Assembly: GCA_965153285.1 (NCBI GenBank)
Contig: OZ229111.1
From: Podarcis tiliguerta
Taxonomy: Eukaryota
DNA: 64,000 bases
Reading direction: 5' to 3' (one strand)
The notes under the pieces are model-generated. The model saw only the letters and a program-made list of their open reading frames with translations. It made no database searches and had not been told where the DNA came from. A program made the position numbers and the translations under genes. The stretch's first letter is position 1, and each line of letters starts with the position of its first letter. Of this stretch, positions 1-12,762 are shown piece after piece.

Positions 1-1708
1 CTCTGATTGGCTAGGAGGTTTTGAGGGAGTTTTCTTCTGTATGTTTGGTTGTATGTCTTCTTATCAGGCCGGAAGGAAGAAAGGCAAAACCTCTCTGTTA
101 CTTTCTCCTCACAGTATACACTGCCTTGGTTCATTTCCTCAGTAAAGTTGTATCAGGATTTCTTTTCTTCCTGGACTCCGTCTATGTAATTTAAGTGACT
201 GCCAACACTCCCGACCAGATACTCATTGGAGCACATAGCACACAAATAAGGCTTTTGTAAAAATTCATGAACACGGTTGTCTGGATTTTTGGACCCTCCT
301 TACGGGGGTGAGAGCTATGGGTGCTGTCAGGATGAGCTCCAGCACTTCAAACTGTACCACTACACCTCTGATTCTATTGCAACACAAACTATGCAAAACA
401 TGGCAGGGCCCTTTGAGTTGTGTGATCTGGTTGGCTATTGGTTTAACTTATTTGACTTACGACACAATCTTAACCGTCTATGCAAATGAAAGTCCTATTG
501 AAGTCAGTGGGGCTTTCTCTCAGGTAAGTGAGCCTAGGATTGTGGTCACGGGATGTGGGTTTAGGATTATGCACAATTCTGCATGGAGTATTTTTTTTTT
601 AATTATTTAACAAAAATTATACGCTGCTTTGTTGTAATAAAACCTCTAAGTGGTTTAGAAAAAAAAGATACTAAAATGGTCGATAAAAGACTTTTTAAAA
701 CCAGATATTTAAAAAAATCAGAAGATAATTAAAACTAACAATTCTGATATGGGCCAAAGGAATCTTCATCTCTATCAGTCTGCAGGATAAATAATCTAAC
801 TAAATGGTTTAAAAGTGCCAGCTTCCAGCTCTTCCTGGTGCATGAACAAATCCAGTTGGGAATGATGTTTTTATAGTTCAGAGGTTTTTTTTTGTTGTTC
901 TCCAGTAACAGCCACAGAATGAAGCTTGCAATCCACAACCAGCCCTCTTGGGAGAGAGGTTGTCAAAGGGGCAGCATTGCCCCATTTCCTTTAAAACACA
1001 AGCTGATAAAGTTCCATGCACATACCAGCCATTGGGGGAAGTTGCAATGGCACTGGCAATGATGGTGAATGTTTCATTAAAAATAAAAGGCAAAGTATGA
1101 AACGGCTCGCTTTGTTTCTTATAGGTGATTTTAAAATAAAAAAATCACTATACAGCCTAAGTTTGACTTAGCATTCCTAAGAGTCCAGCTCATGTCCTTT
1201 AAGTTAGAACCTTTTAATACTTTAAACAGTAACCTTGGAGGGGAATTTATATAAATTAAATAATATTCATAATGCAGAAACCAGAAACAGTAAGCATGAG
1301 AGTTTAGGGTGTTGTTTTTTTAAACTCACTTACTTACTGAAACAAGTTTAAATCGTAGTGTAAATGCACTAATCCCAAAGGATCCACTTCAGACTTCAAT
1401 AATGCTGAATATGGAAGCTTTAACTGAAATATTTCTGGCTGGGTAAGAAAGAGGCGTGCTGATTTCACTGAAGTTCCCCCTCCCCCATATTTGAACCATG
1501 TCTAATTAGAAGCATATCTTCTACCATTAAGAATGCCTACTGTGCAATCTGGTACTCCTTTACCTGGGAGTGCATCCCACAATGAACTCAGGGAGACTTT
1601 CGTCAAAGTAGGAGTGCAGGTTTGCACTTCAAGAGCAGCCTTTGGTGAAGCATGAGTAAGTGAGCAGTCTAGCAGGTCCCAAGGGCCAGTGAAAGTAGGG
1701 ATAGCAGG

Positions 1709-1862
1709 CACAGGAAGCTCCCTAATACAGACTTAGGCCAACGATCCATTTGGCTTAGTGTTGTCTACACTGACAGGGAGTTTTTCTTAGCCCTCCCTGG
1801 AGATGGTGGGGATCAAACTCGGGACCTTCATGCAAAGCAAATAAATGTTCTGCCACTGAGCT
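1709..1862 (-). mobile_element. tRNA-Ala-derived squamate SINE (degenerate)
   Basis: Reverse complement gives AGCTCAGTGGCAGAAC...TTTGCATGAAGGTCCCGAGTTTGATCCCCACCATCTCC (A and B boxes) plus a body ending AGCTTCCTGTG. Similar to the copies at 25.2 kb and 57.3 kb. Confidence 0.7.
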
Positions 1863-2024
1863 CTACCACCATGCCTGGGGGAAAAAATAATCTATTGCAA
1901 ATTCTTTTACAAAGTGACCTGTTCCTCTCTGGAGTAAGGTGCAGGTTGAGATTTAGGGGTCCACTGCAATTTGCACTTCTCCAAATTCAGTATCAAATAC
2001 AGTGGTATCAAAAGATGCATCTAA

Positions 2025-2394
2025 TGTCACATCCACACAATACCTTTAAAGGACTCTTATACCACATTGATAGCCATGGCTTCTCCTCCAAGAATCCTCG
2101 GAACTGGAAACTGTAGCTCTGTCTGAGGTCTCCTGACAACAGGGCAGACTTTGGTAATGTGGTACCCTGAGTGAGGCCAAAATTTGGCTCCCACAAATGG
2201 ATCTTCTCACTTATGGATCTTATCAGTTTTGTGCTGCCTCAGCTCACCGTTCTGTGCAGGGGAACCACCCACACTGCCCTAAATCCGGCGCTGCTGGCAA
2301 CTCTCAGCACGCTTAACAAACTACATCTCTCAGGCAAAACAATGCCTGCTAAAGTAAATTAAGGGTGCTTTAAATGTATGGGGTGGATGAGACC
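2025..2394. mobile_element. MITE with about 30-bp TIRs (PIF/Harbinger-like)
   Basis: Left GTCACATCCACACAATACCTTTAAAGGAC versus right GTGCTTTAAATGTATGGGGTGGATGAGACC form an imperfect inverted repeat; flanks are TAA and AAA. Confidence 0.6.
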
Positions 2395-5300
2395 AAAATA
2401 TGTTGTTGGAGAGAAAATGCAGTCCCTTGAATGCCTCCAAACTGTTGCCCTCCCCCAAAAAAGGTTTGGGGAGGATCAGGAAATCCCCCAGAAGAGCATG
2501 CGGGGGGCAGGGAGTGGAATCATTCTGCTTGTCAATGCTTGAACTGATCATCTTTGCGTAATGCTGAATTCTTCCCATACTGTGAAAGAAAATGATATTT
2601 AAATAGTATTTTGAGAGAGAAGACATATTAAAACTTTTGAAAGTTTTTTTTTTTTTTAAAAAAAAAACTGGAATGCAATAATGGGTAAAACATGTGAAAG
2701 TGACATGGACCAGAAGGATGACTACATAGGTTCACCCATCCCTAGCTAAGAAAGATGGGAGGGCAAAAAGAAGACAAGATGTTGCCCTGAAGCCAAGTGA
2801 ATCTTAAACCATAGAGTTGGTGGTGGGGTGTGTGCAAAAATAGCAACTTGGATGGGGAAACTGCACCACCCGGTTGGATTGGGAAGGGACCATCATTTTG
2901 CTTGCCAAAATGATTAGGGCCAAATCTGAGTATCATTTCACAGGGAGGAATTTGTTTCCAAATCCCATCAGGTATATGAGGTCATCAGGCAGAAGCCCCT
3001 TACTCAGTTTCCCATCCTTTTGAGGTACAGGGGGCTTATTTTGGAGCACGAGGGGGGGGGGTGAATCTTAGGATCAGTGGGGAAACAGCACTATTTGCAG
3101 TGAGCCTGTTTCTTTCTCCAGAATTTATGCTCTTTGTGAACTCTGTGAAACGGAGTGAGGGGAGCAATATCTCTGTTCTCTGTAAATGAGAGGAAGGAGC
3201 ATTTTTTAAACCTTAGCTTGGGTCTGTGAGGCATAAACCCTATGCATGCTATATTAGATTCTCAGCAGACCACCACCCTGAACATTGGTGTGAGACCTTT
3301 GGAATCTTTAGCACAAAGATGAATCCTGTGTTCTGCCTTCAGTGCCAATGTCCTGTGCACATTCCTGTGGGGGGAGGACTTCAGAGACCAGTTCCCATGT
3401 GTCCCCTCTCATCCACTGCAAAAGTGGTCAGGAAAACTGACTGCTGTCCCCACTTTCATGCAATCCAGCTCATTCCACTCCCACTTTCCTCATTCAAAAC
3501 AGAGTCAAACGTTTGCGAGACTAACAGGACAGAGTTCTTCATGTTGTGTCGTGTTCCCTTTGCTGTAGCAAGTGGATAAGCCAAAGTTCCTCACAAATGT
3601 GTTATCCATGCTGAAGAGGACTCTAATGAGCTCCATCTCCATCCTGTATCAGGTGAACATGGTAGGAACCTGACGTTATATAAACTGCCACTCATCTAGG
3701 TCAGACAGGCAGATTCTTGGTGCACCTTCCCATCTTGCAAAAACCAAGGTAAAACACCTATTGTTAATAGCTGCAAATGAACAAATGTAGGAATTCTCCC
3801 CCCCCCCTTTCAATCAATTCTCATTTTACTGGTGCCACTGGCAAAACTCACTTTTTCCAAGAAGCCTTTGGCATAACTCCTGACTCCTTATTCAACTCAG
3901 CCAAGGTGCACCTCACTTAACTGGACACATACATGTTCTTCCTCTCTCACTTTCAACTCCATCCTCCTCTCACGCCTCTTCTGCCTCCCATCATGTCGGA
4001 TTTTAAATTGCAACCTCCTCAGCGCAGAGATTCCTGCTCTGGACAGTTGCATACACTTTAGGATCGGACAACAATATTCATTTCTTTGAAACATTTGTAT
4101 ACTGCTTCATTGTCAAAACCTCTGAACTGAACATAAAATATACAATATAAAATTCCTATTCCCCTTTGCACATGGTGTGGTAAAGGAGCTCTCCTTGTCA
4201 GCAGTGAACTCCCTGGTTCTAGAGACTCAACCAAAGCCATCTTTAATGACTTTTCAGCACCAGGCAAATTCCTGTTTTTATTTTCCAGTGCTTTGCAAAG
4301 TACACTACTGAGAGGTATTTCACTTTATGAAACATATTTTTATATATATTTATTTATATGAGCTTCTTAGCTTCTGCATCTTGCTGTGGTTTGAAGGTGT
4401 ATTTTCTCTCCACGTGGTCATTTCTGTGACTGAAATTGTACAATTTGATTTGATTGTATTCTGATATGGTATGGTATGGGTTTTTATTTGATTGCTGCAT
4501 TACAATAAGTTGTTGTTGTTGTGGGTGGTGGTGGTGGCAATGTGATTTTAATTGGTTGTAATTGTTCATTGCCCTGAAAACTAAGGTGGTAAGGAACTTG
4601 ATAAATATGACTAAAAATAAATAGGTTTGCCTAGGAATGCAACCTTACTTGAGGAGAAAAATTCAAACTGGCATTTATATGACTAGGGAAAGGGCTTGCC
4701 AGAATTTTTTGTCTGGATACTTTGCAAGCTTTTCCGTACTAGATGGGAGCTGATTGTCAAAATTATGTCTGATAATAAAAATTTATAGGCATTATCTAAA
4801 AAATGCTCAGTAAGTGTTGTTTCCTTTAAAACCACAATTAAATATCTCTTCTCCTCCTGACATGACATGATCATAGCCCCCTGAGGATATTGTGCATTCA
4901 CTCCTTCCATATTTGGGGAGGGGTGAGATAAATATGCAATGTTCCTTCCTTAACTGTGTGAGGAAGAAGGTTACTGCTCTTGCCTGGTGTGACTCATGTG
5001 TAATGCCTTCAGTCTATGAGTTTTTCCTCAACCCTGTTGCTGATTGATCCCCATATACAATACAGAATACATATGCCTGTCATCAGGCCTGGCAGGTTTG
5101 CCTGTGGATGAGATATTTGGTTCGTGCCCCTATAAAATTGAGGTGATCAGAAGATTGGGCTGGATGACTTTAAATTCATTCCTACTCTGTAATTGCAATC
5201 CGTAATTTAAAAATGGGTTACATGCATCCAAAGTGCCCGCTCCATACACGTTATACACAAGAGCCTTTAAAAGTTAATGCAAGAACTCCCCACCCCAACC

Positions 5301-5692
5301 CCTGTAGCAACAAAGGCATTTAGGAACTTGTTATGATAATGACTCGTGTTTGGACAGTTTTTAAGCCGGATGTTTAGCTGAGGAATTTTTATAGTTTTAA
5401 CTATTTTGGCATGTGATTGTGTTTGAGACGATTTCGCTTGCTATTCCGATTCAACATGACAAAAAGCAACGTCAAAAAGGAAGGACCGAGATTCCCTGCT
5501 ACCTCTTTGATTTATTTTATTTTTTGTTTTCTGCAGACTCCCCTCTCCTTTGGTGCTTCAGAGTCATATTCCTTTCACAACCCAATGCCAAGCCTGAACG
5601 AAGGGGACTTGAAAGCAGACTCACATGCACTGGAGAACTGGAGAAACATATACAGCCTGGTGTGTGCTCTGCATCCACACACAGGCAGAGAT

Positions 5693-5830
5693 AATCATAG
5701 AAATGTAGAATTGGGGGGGGGGGTGAGGATCATCTAGTCCAACCCCCTGCAATTTGCAGCTGTCCCATACAGGGTTCGAACCTGCAATCTTGACATTATC
5801 GGCCCCACACTCTAACCAACTGAGCTATTC
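5693..5830 (-). mobile_element. tRNA-Ile-derived SINE with CR1-type 3' tail
   Basis: Reverse complement: TAGCTCAGTTGGTTAGAGTGTGGGGCCGATAATGTCAAGATTGCAGGTTCGAACCC...GGGTTGGACTAGATGATCC...TTCTATGAT. Confidence 0.8.
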
Positions 5831-7639
5831 AAAGCGATTGCTCAATTGCAATTACAATCATTTAAATGTGAGCAAGTTTTAAATCTAGCTGACAGACAGA
5901 GGTACATTGATGGCAAATAACAAAACTATGAAGGAGGGGGATGCGGAAGAAGAAGTGTGAGAATGTTGGTTGTGTGGCGTCATTTTTCTGGTTAAGCGAA
6001 AGGACTGGCGCAATGATTCAAGGTCAGCAGAGAAGAAGCCACTTTCAGGTTATAAATTAGTAGTAGCCACTACCTACTGGGGAGGAGAGGGGATATCATG
6101 AAACAGTGAGCACAGTTTTATCATTGAGGAAGGCAGCTTTCCTCCTGCCCACATGAGCAGACCTGGAGAGCAAAGGCTGCCAACAGTACCCCTTGCATTG
6201 ATCCAAGTTCTGCATTTATCTGATCATTACTCCTTCTCCTGGCATGTGCAGAGCTCTGGAAAAGAAACAATTGGGATCGGTGCAAATTGCTTCTAATTGT
6301 AAAGAATATTGCAGAGTTGAAACATTTGGCCTAGAAAATGATATAATTATTGCACAGGGGGGAGACTACATGCAGTGAGGTAGTTTCAACAAATGGAAGG
6401 GACATGTACTTATCTGCTCTGATGGGAATGCATTTAATCCAGAGCTCATCCAGTCTTTTTTTCAATGCTACAGCACACTCCTGAAAGTAATATTCCTATA
6501 TGCATAAAATTGTAAGGCTGCCATCGCATGGCCCCCACTGGAGGATTTGTATGGCTGCATCACAATCCTAGATTTACAGGGGTGGCAAGCTACACAAGCA
6601 GGCTTGGCAGCCCATCATCATCACCATCAAAATGTAATACCTAAGAAAAGGTCAAAACAAATATTTTCAAATACTCAAAATCCCTCCATTTTTCTCCAGT
6701 TTCACCATTCTGATTATTTAGAATCAGAAATTTCAATGCAAAATCCAAGTTCCAGTTTTGGATGAGAAGCTTTAAGCTCGGAATTGGGATGCTTTAGGCT
6801 TGTTGGCATCCTGTGATTATTTTGATTTTGGCAAGCTTCAAACACAAGCTTTCAACTGTCAAGTGCTCATTGCTATGGCATGTTATTGATCAAATGTTGC
6901 CAGATACTAAAGGCATTGCATGTTTTTCATCAAACACTATAAGATTTTAAAGCGCTATTATATGTCAACTAACAAACACCTTCTAATATTCTGTATTTTT
7001 TGCATGTCAACCATCAAATGATGTCAAATGTCATTGTAGCTTTCTTTCTAAGCTTATGGTGGAGACCTCAGTGGGAAGAACAAATGAAAGGCAGCTTGCT
7101 GATCATTAGTGATCATACTCTGCAGTGTAGAAGGGATCTTTTTTTGTTGTTGTACCACATGGGATCTGCAAGATCATGAAATCCCACCTTTCCAGTTTCC
7201 TTTTGGTTTTGGTTACCTCCCCACCCCATCCCAATCACAGCTGCACTAAAAACCTGGATACCTGAATTGTTTTCAGCCAGGCAGCAATCACTTTTCAATC
7301 ATAGGAGACCAGAATGAAAGGCTTAAATTATCCAAGAAGTTCCTTCTACTGATGAGAGTAGTTTCACCCTACACTTCTTTGTCTAATTGGCTGCACCTCC
7401 TTTCCTAAATGTCAGCCCTTGCCATGACTACATTCATTGGCTAAAAAATGCTACAGGCTGGTTTCGTATAAAGGAAATGAACAAAATAGACATTTTGCCT
7501 CATATATCAGGTCATACAAAGGCTTGCTTTATATTTTTTGTAAATGAAAGTTTGGACTACAGGGAATGTGGCTCATCTAGAGGAATACCTGTCCCTTTGC
7601 CTTCTTGCATAGAGCATGCCCCAGAATTGTCTGCAATAG

Positions 7640-7755
7640 CTTCCCCCAACCTAATGCCCTCCAGATGTTTTGGGCAGCACCTCCCATCATTCCTGACCTC
7701 TGGCAATGTTGAGTGGGGCCAATGGGAGTTGTAACCCAAAGAGCCCCAGGTTGGA
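7640..7755. mobile_element. Palindromic squamate hAT-like MITE fragment
   Basis: GCCCTCCAGATGTTTTGG...CTCCCATCATTCCTGACC...ATGGGAGTTGTA; same family as 36817-36955. Confidence 0.55.
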
Positions 7756-8168
7756 AAGAACAGTTGGAAAGAACAGGCATGCATTCCATGACAGATGCTG
7801 TGGAGTGTATTCATGGGATGTAGACCATTAGAAAAACACTGTGATAGACAACTATGTGTCAGTGGTCCATGCAATCAGATATGAAATGTCACTGCAAGTT
7901 GATGATCAGATGTTGCCATATAGATATATCAGTTGGCCAATATCCGTTATCATTGGTTGTTAAATATGAACAACAACAAAATATTTTAGATGATATTCAA
8001 AGAGTATTCAAGCATCCAGAGAATACCTGGAGAACATTTGACTCCAACTTTGGAAAGGAGAAAGTTTAAAAGAATCTTAGGAAACCAATTCTTAGGAAAT
8101 TAATTTCAGCTCAAAAAGTGGGTTTATTAAGCATGTGCAGAGTGCCTTCACCACTAACTAATTACAAC

Positions 8169-8329
8169 CATGTCCTATAAATATGGGCTTATTTTAGGTG
8201 GAAGTAGGTTTTATGCTAGAAGAGGGCAGAACCGAGTTATTGGTGATACAATTGGTCAGGTAAGTATTTTTTTTTATTTACTTGATTGGGGGGCAGCTGC
8301 CCCCCTGCACCCCCCTGGCTATGCCCACG
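8169..8329 (+). mobile_element. hAT-type MITE (CATGGGCGTAGC family), degenerate
   Basis: Internal GGGCAGAACCGA...GGGGCAGCTGCCCCCC...CCTGGCTATGCCCACG is shared with the 15767 and 40645 copies; putative TSD matches 5/8. Confidence 0.6.
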
Positions 8330-9189
8330 CCTACAAAACTTGGAATAAGGAGCAGGGTACCAAGTCCTCAGGCTTTGGGACTTTCAGGTAGATTTGAAGC
8401 CAACTACCTCCCCCTAGTGAAATTGACTGTGCATGTGTTTGATTAAGTTGAATGGAGAAGGTACATAAATGCAGGTATTATTCTGTGTTGACCAGGTGAT
8501 TGTGTGAACTCCTGCTAACTCTGTCAGTTTAATATTTATTCATATCTAGAGGATTTCTGGCCCACCCATCACCATAAGGATCCCAGATAGTTTGCAGAAA
8601 ATAATAATGATAATATCAGTAAAGGTTTACATAGGAATATTAAATATTAAGCCTGCGCACAATGCAGATTTTATGGCCATTCACCGTTCAACTCAGATGA
8701 ACCCTGTACAGCACATGCCCCTATTTGTATACTCAGTGAGACTCTGGCAAAGCAATGCACTCAATTGCCAGATTTCTTGATCTTCACAAATATAGGCACC
8801 AATGTCAGTCAAAATGAAGCTGAATTTTGTACTCGCAGCAGTCTTTAACTTGTTGGGTTTCAGACACAATGCTGCATACATGGGTTGCCCTCTTCATTCA
8901 ATATTCATTTGAAATACAGGCAGACAGAAGTACCTACAAAGAGCTATGGATGTTCAAAATGGCCCCATGGAAATAAATGAAATCAGATCTCTGTCGGTGG
9001 TTACCTGTCTGCCTTCCTGGAAATCAGTTGATAAACTGATGTGTGTCTGTGTGTCTATCTATAATCATTTGTTATATTATCTGCATATTGAGGCAAGTGA
9101 ATTTTGAAAGAGGCTCTTTATCAATACGCTGCAATACAAGGTGTTAGAACCACATTATTTGCATGTTTTTGCAAGCGTGAACAACGTCG

Positions 9190-9560
9190 GTGCAACACCT
9201 GTGCAGATGTACACATGTAGACACGGACAAAAGAAAGAAAGAAAGTCGGAGAAAGCCACCCTGAATTTAGTTTTAAAATTTCTCCCAGATAAAAGTCTTA
9301 TACAAAATTCTTTGCGAGAAGGGCTGGGAGAGAATACCAAGCCCGCTGTCTTTGGGCAGGAAAAGAGAAAAGAACAAGTCAAGTCTCTGGCTGCAACTTC
9401 CTAACGATCAGTTGATTTACCCTGGGAGGATAAAGCGTTTGTTTTTGCGCCACATTATTATAAAAAGGCTGACCAGGCTTGTCAAAGTGCCCCTCTCCAT
9501 ATGCTAGCACCGCTGATGAGAAGTTGCTCTTTGGGGAGAATCCGACACGCATGGAGAGGT
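9190..9560 (+). promoter_or_regulatory. Candidate distal (alpha-type) EBF1 promoter and upstream first exon
   Basis: E-boxes at 9196, 9204, 9212 and 9409; ETS ACTTCCT 9396; EBF-like TACCCTGGGA 9418; TATAAAAAG 9459; ATGGAGAG|GTTTGG at 9551. Confidence 0.4.
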
Positions 9561-11449
9561 TTGGGGCGGAGGGCTAGATCACTTTTAGGGAAGATAAGCA
9601 GTTAGGGGGCACGCACGAAGATGTCCCACTAGACGGCAAGTACGAGAAAGCGGGAGGCTCTGGCACTTGGCGATCAAGGCGATCGAGAGAGGAAGGAAAG
9701 GGAACGCGGGGAGAGTTTTGACGCACGGAGACTTAAGCCAGCTCCAGAATTTGAGTCGGTTCCAGAACGCTGCTTGCAGCGGAAATGTTGCAGAGTGTGC
9801 GTGTATGGGTATGTAATCTCTCTCGCTCTCTCTCTCTGGAGAGAGAGGGGTGGTTCTTGAGAGAGTTTGTGCGAAGAAACTGCCACAAAGATACGTGTTA
9901 CACGTGTGCCGCTCGTGTGCATGCATCAATGGGTTTCTTTTAACTGTCTTCGGCGTCTTCTCTTTTTCGGAACAAACCAAGCAAGAAAAAGAAAATAGTG
10001 GGCTTGTGTATGTATATTTTAATTTAAAAAAACCCATCGCCGCTAACCCCGTCCATTTGAACCACAGCGTCCTATTCGAGACACGTGTTTCCAAGACTCC
10101 GGATAACAAGAATGAAAAACAATCACCGTTCTAATGGAAATCGTTCTAAACTGAAGTGAAACTCTTTTCTTTCAGGAAAGAGTGCTTTCTCCATTCTGCC
10201 CCATCACTCCCCATCCCCAAAAAGATTTACCCGACCTTCCTGGATTTGAAAGAGGGATAAAATGAGCCCATTAGGCACTTTTTAAACTGATGCGCCCTTG
10301 GTTTATCGGTAAAGGAGAAAATAAATAATAATTTTAATGCCCTTTGTGGGGCTAGAAGTGGCACTTCCTCGTCGGAGAGTGACTTCTACTATGTGGAGGC
10401 CACGTGAAAATAAATAAGGGAGGACGAGAGAGACATAATAGTAATAGTAATAGTAATAATAGCGCGCTGAGCTATCTGCGCAACGAAGACTCCGAACGAC
10501 GGGTTCTTATTTTAAAAAACACAAGGCATATTTTGTGTGGGTGCTTTTGTTTAGGTTTTTTTGCAGGCATCTGCCTTATGACCTCGTCCGACTATAAATT
10601 AGAAACAAATCCCACGAATCTCTCGATGATGGGGTGAGGGGGGAACTGTACAATCGGTCGTGAGAGTGAAATGTAACAATGCGGACGGATCATCTGCTCT
10701 TTTTTAAAAAAGAGGAACACCAGCTTGGTGGTGGGTGACAGCTGTGCTCACAAAATCGTCTCCATTATGGAAAGGATGGTGGGGGTTGCATCCAGTCGGA
10801 AGAGCCTGTCACTGTGGCCTGCAACAACAACAACAGAAGCAACAACAGCAGCAGCATTGGAGGACGTTCCTCTTTTTTAATTTTTAATTTTATTTTTTTG
10901 TGGTTGGCTGAGGGGCTGCACAGCACAAAATCAACACCACCCGCACCTTAGGCGCGTAACTTTGGGACGAGCGGCGGACGAATCGTCGAGGCAGCGGGAA
11001 GAAGGACCTTGGTCCCTGTGCCCATTTCACGCGAAACCTCGAGGGCAAACTCGCCTCTTTCGATCGGGTGGGAACTTGGGGAAGGCTGCTATATAGGAAA
11101 TATTTAACTCGATGTGCTGGAGAGGGAAAAAGAAACCCAAACGCAGCCACCTTTGGTTTAAGCGATGGGATCGCGAGAGGCCAAGAGCGAGGAATCAGTT
11201 GCTGGACGGCGCGCCTCGCCAGCCCGAACTTCCACGCGTCTTAAAACAAAAACAACACCACGAGGCTGCTGCCGGAGAGCCAGCGCGCTGCTCTCCGCCT
11301 GCATTTGCGCCTTTCCACTCCGATCCTGCCTCTTCCCAACCCGATCCTGTCCCCTTTTCCCCTTCCTTCCTTCCTCCCTTCCTTCCTTCTCCTCGCCGCC
11401 CGCGGCTCTCGCGCCCTGGCTGGCAACTTTCTCCGGTCTTTTCCCGGCG

Positions 11450-11745
11450 AGGCGAGGGGGCGGGGCGATGCTAATGAGCGGGGCGTGTCCCCCCGGCCAG
11501 CCGCGCGACGCACCTCGGAGTTCCTCGCCGCCCATTGGCGAGCCGCGGCGCGGCCGAGGAAGTTGTGACGCTATGCAAATGGAGAGGGCGGCGCCGGGCC
11601 CGGCCCGGGCCCCGCCCCCTGCCCGCTGGGGCTGCTGCGCTCGTGTTTGGCTGCGGGGAGAGTCGGAGCGGATTCCATTGGGAAAGACTGCAAATCACTC
11701 CGGTTCGAGCGCGTGGGGGGGAGGGAAGAAGGGGGGAGGGAAGAA
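11450..11745 (+). promoter_or_regulatory. Promoter-proximal motif cluster upstream of EBF1 exon 1
   Basis: GC boxes (GGGGCGGGGC); ATGCTAAT 11468; inverted CCAAT (ATTGG 11534); ETS/PU.1 GAGGAAGT 11556; CRE half-site TGACG 11566; perfect octamer ATGCAAAT 11573; EBF-like ATTCCATTGGGAAA 11672. Confidence 0.6.
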
Positions 11746-11775
11746 GCCAAGAGGATCGCCGTCCACCCGCGGAGG

Positions 11776-11809
11776 CTGCTGCTGCTCCTGCTCCTGCTGC
11801 TGCTGCTGC
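11776..11809 (+). repeat. Imperfect (CTG)n tract upstream of exon 1
   Basis: ctgctgctgctcctgctcctgctgctgctgctgct. Confidence 0.8.
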
Positions 11810-12112
11810 TTACCTTTGCCGGCGTGTCTTCCTCTCTCGCTCTCTCCAGCAGCCAGCCAGGCAGGCAGGCAGCTTCCTGCGCTGGGGAAGAAAGGCAGGA
11901 GAGAGAGAGAGGAGCCAGAGGAGCCCCGGAGAAAGAAAAAAAAGCAAATATATATATATTAATATATACATATTAAAGAAAGAGGGGGAAAAGATCTTTG
12001 GCTGGAGGGAAAGAAAAGCCAGGAAGAAAAGGCACCAGAAAGAAGAGCGCGCGGGAGGCAGCAAACTTGCCGCTCTCTTGTCACTGGAAAATGACACTTG
12101 AGGTAGCCAAGG

Positions 12113-12152
12113 GCGCCGCCGCCGCCGCCGCCGCAGCAAAAGCCGCCGCCGC
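12113..12152 (+). repeat. (GCC)n tracts in the CpG island
   Basis: gcgccgccgccgccgccgccgcagcaaaagccgccgccgc. Confidence 0.8.
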
Positions 12153-12762
12153 TCCAGTCGATCCTATTGTTTCTTAAACTGCCTTCTTTCTCCGGCGATC
12201 CCAAGGAGGGTGACTTCGGCGCGGAACGGGGACGGCGCCTTCGTCCTCCGGCTTCTGGCGCGATCCCGGCCAGCGAACAAACGATCGTCGTCATCTTCAT
12301 CATCATCATCATTTTTTTTAAAAAAATATTATTGTTGTCATTCTTCTCCTCCAAAGGCCACTCCGCCACGCAGCCTCTACAAGAACCAGCTCGCCACCAG
12401 CCAAGCCAAGAGCATCCGCGGCCAACCCCGGGGGAGGGCGATTTCGGTCCCCCTCTGGATTCTCGCTCGTTTTGTTTTTCCTCCCCCGCTGCTGCTGCTT
12501 CTCCCTTTCAATGTCTGTGTTTGATTTTCTCTGATTTGCTTTGATTCCAGCAGCGGTTCCAGAGAAAAAGAAAGAAAGCAAAGCAAAGAGCGAGAAAGAG
12601 AGAGAGAGAAAGCAAGCAAGAAAAAAAACACTCCCTGGCGATTTATTATCATCAACACTATTCTTTGTTGTTGTGTTTTGTGTTGTTGTCGTTCTCTCTC
12701 TCTTAGATCTATATTATTACTATTTTTTAAGAAGAAGGGAGGGTCCTGGTTGCTTTTAATTC

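Noticed and set aside
11112-12760. Many long overlapping ORFs on both strands (up to 265 aa)
   Set aside because: By-product of the GC-rich, stop-poor CpG island and triplet repeats; the products are low-complexity with no recognisable domain.
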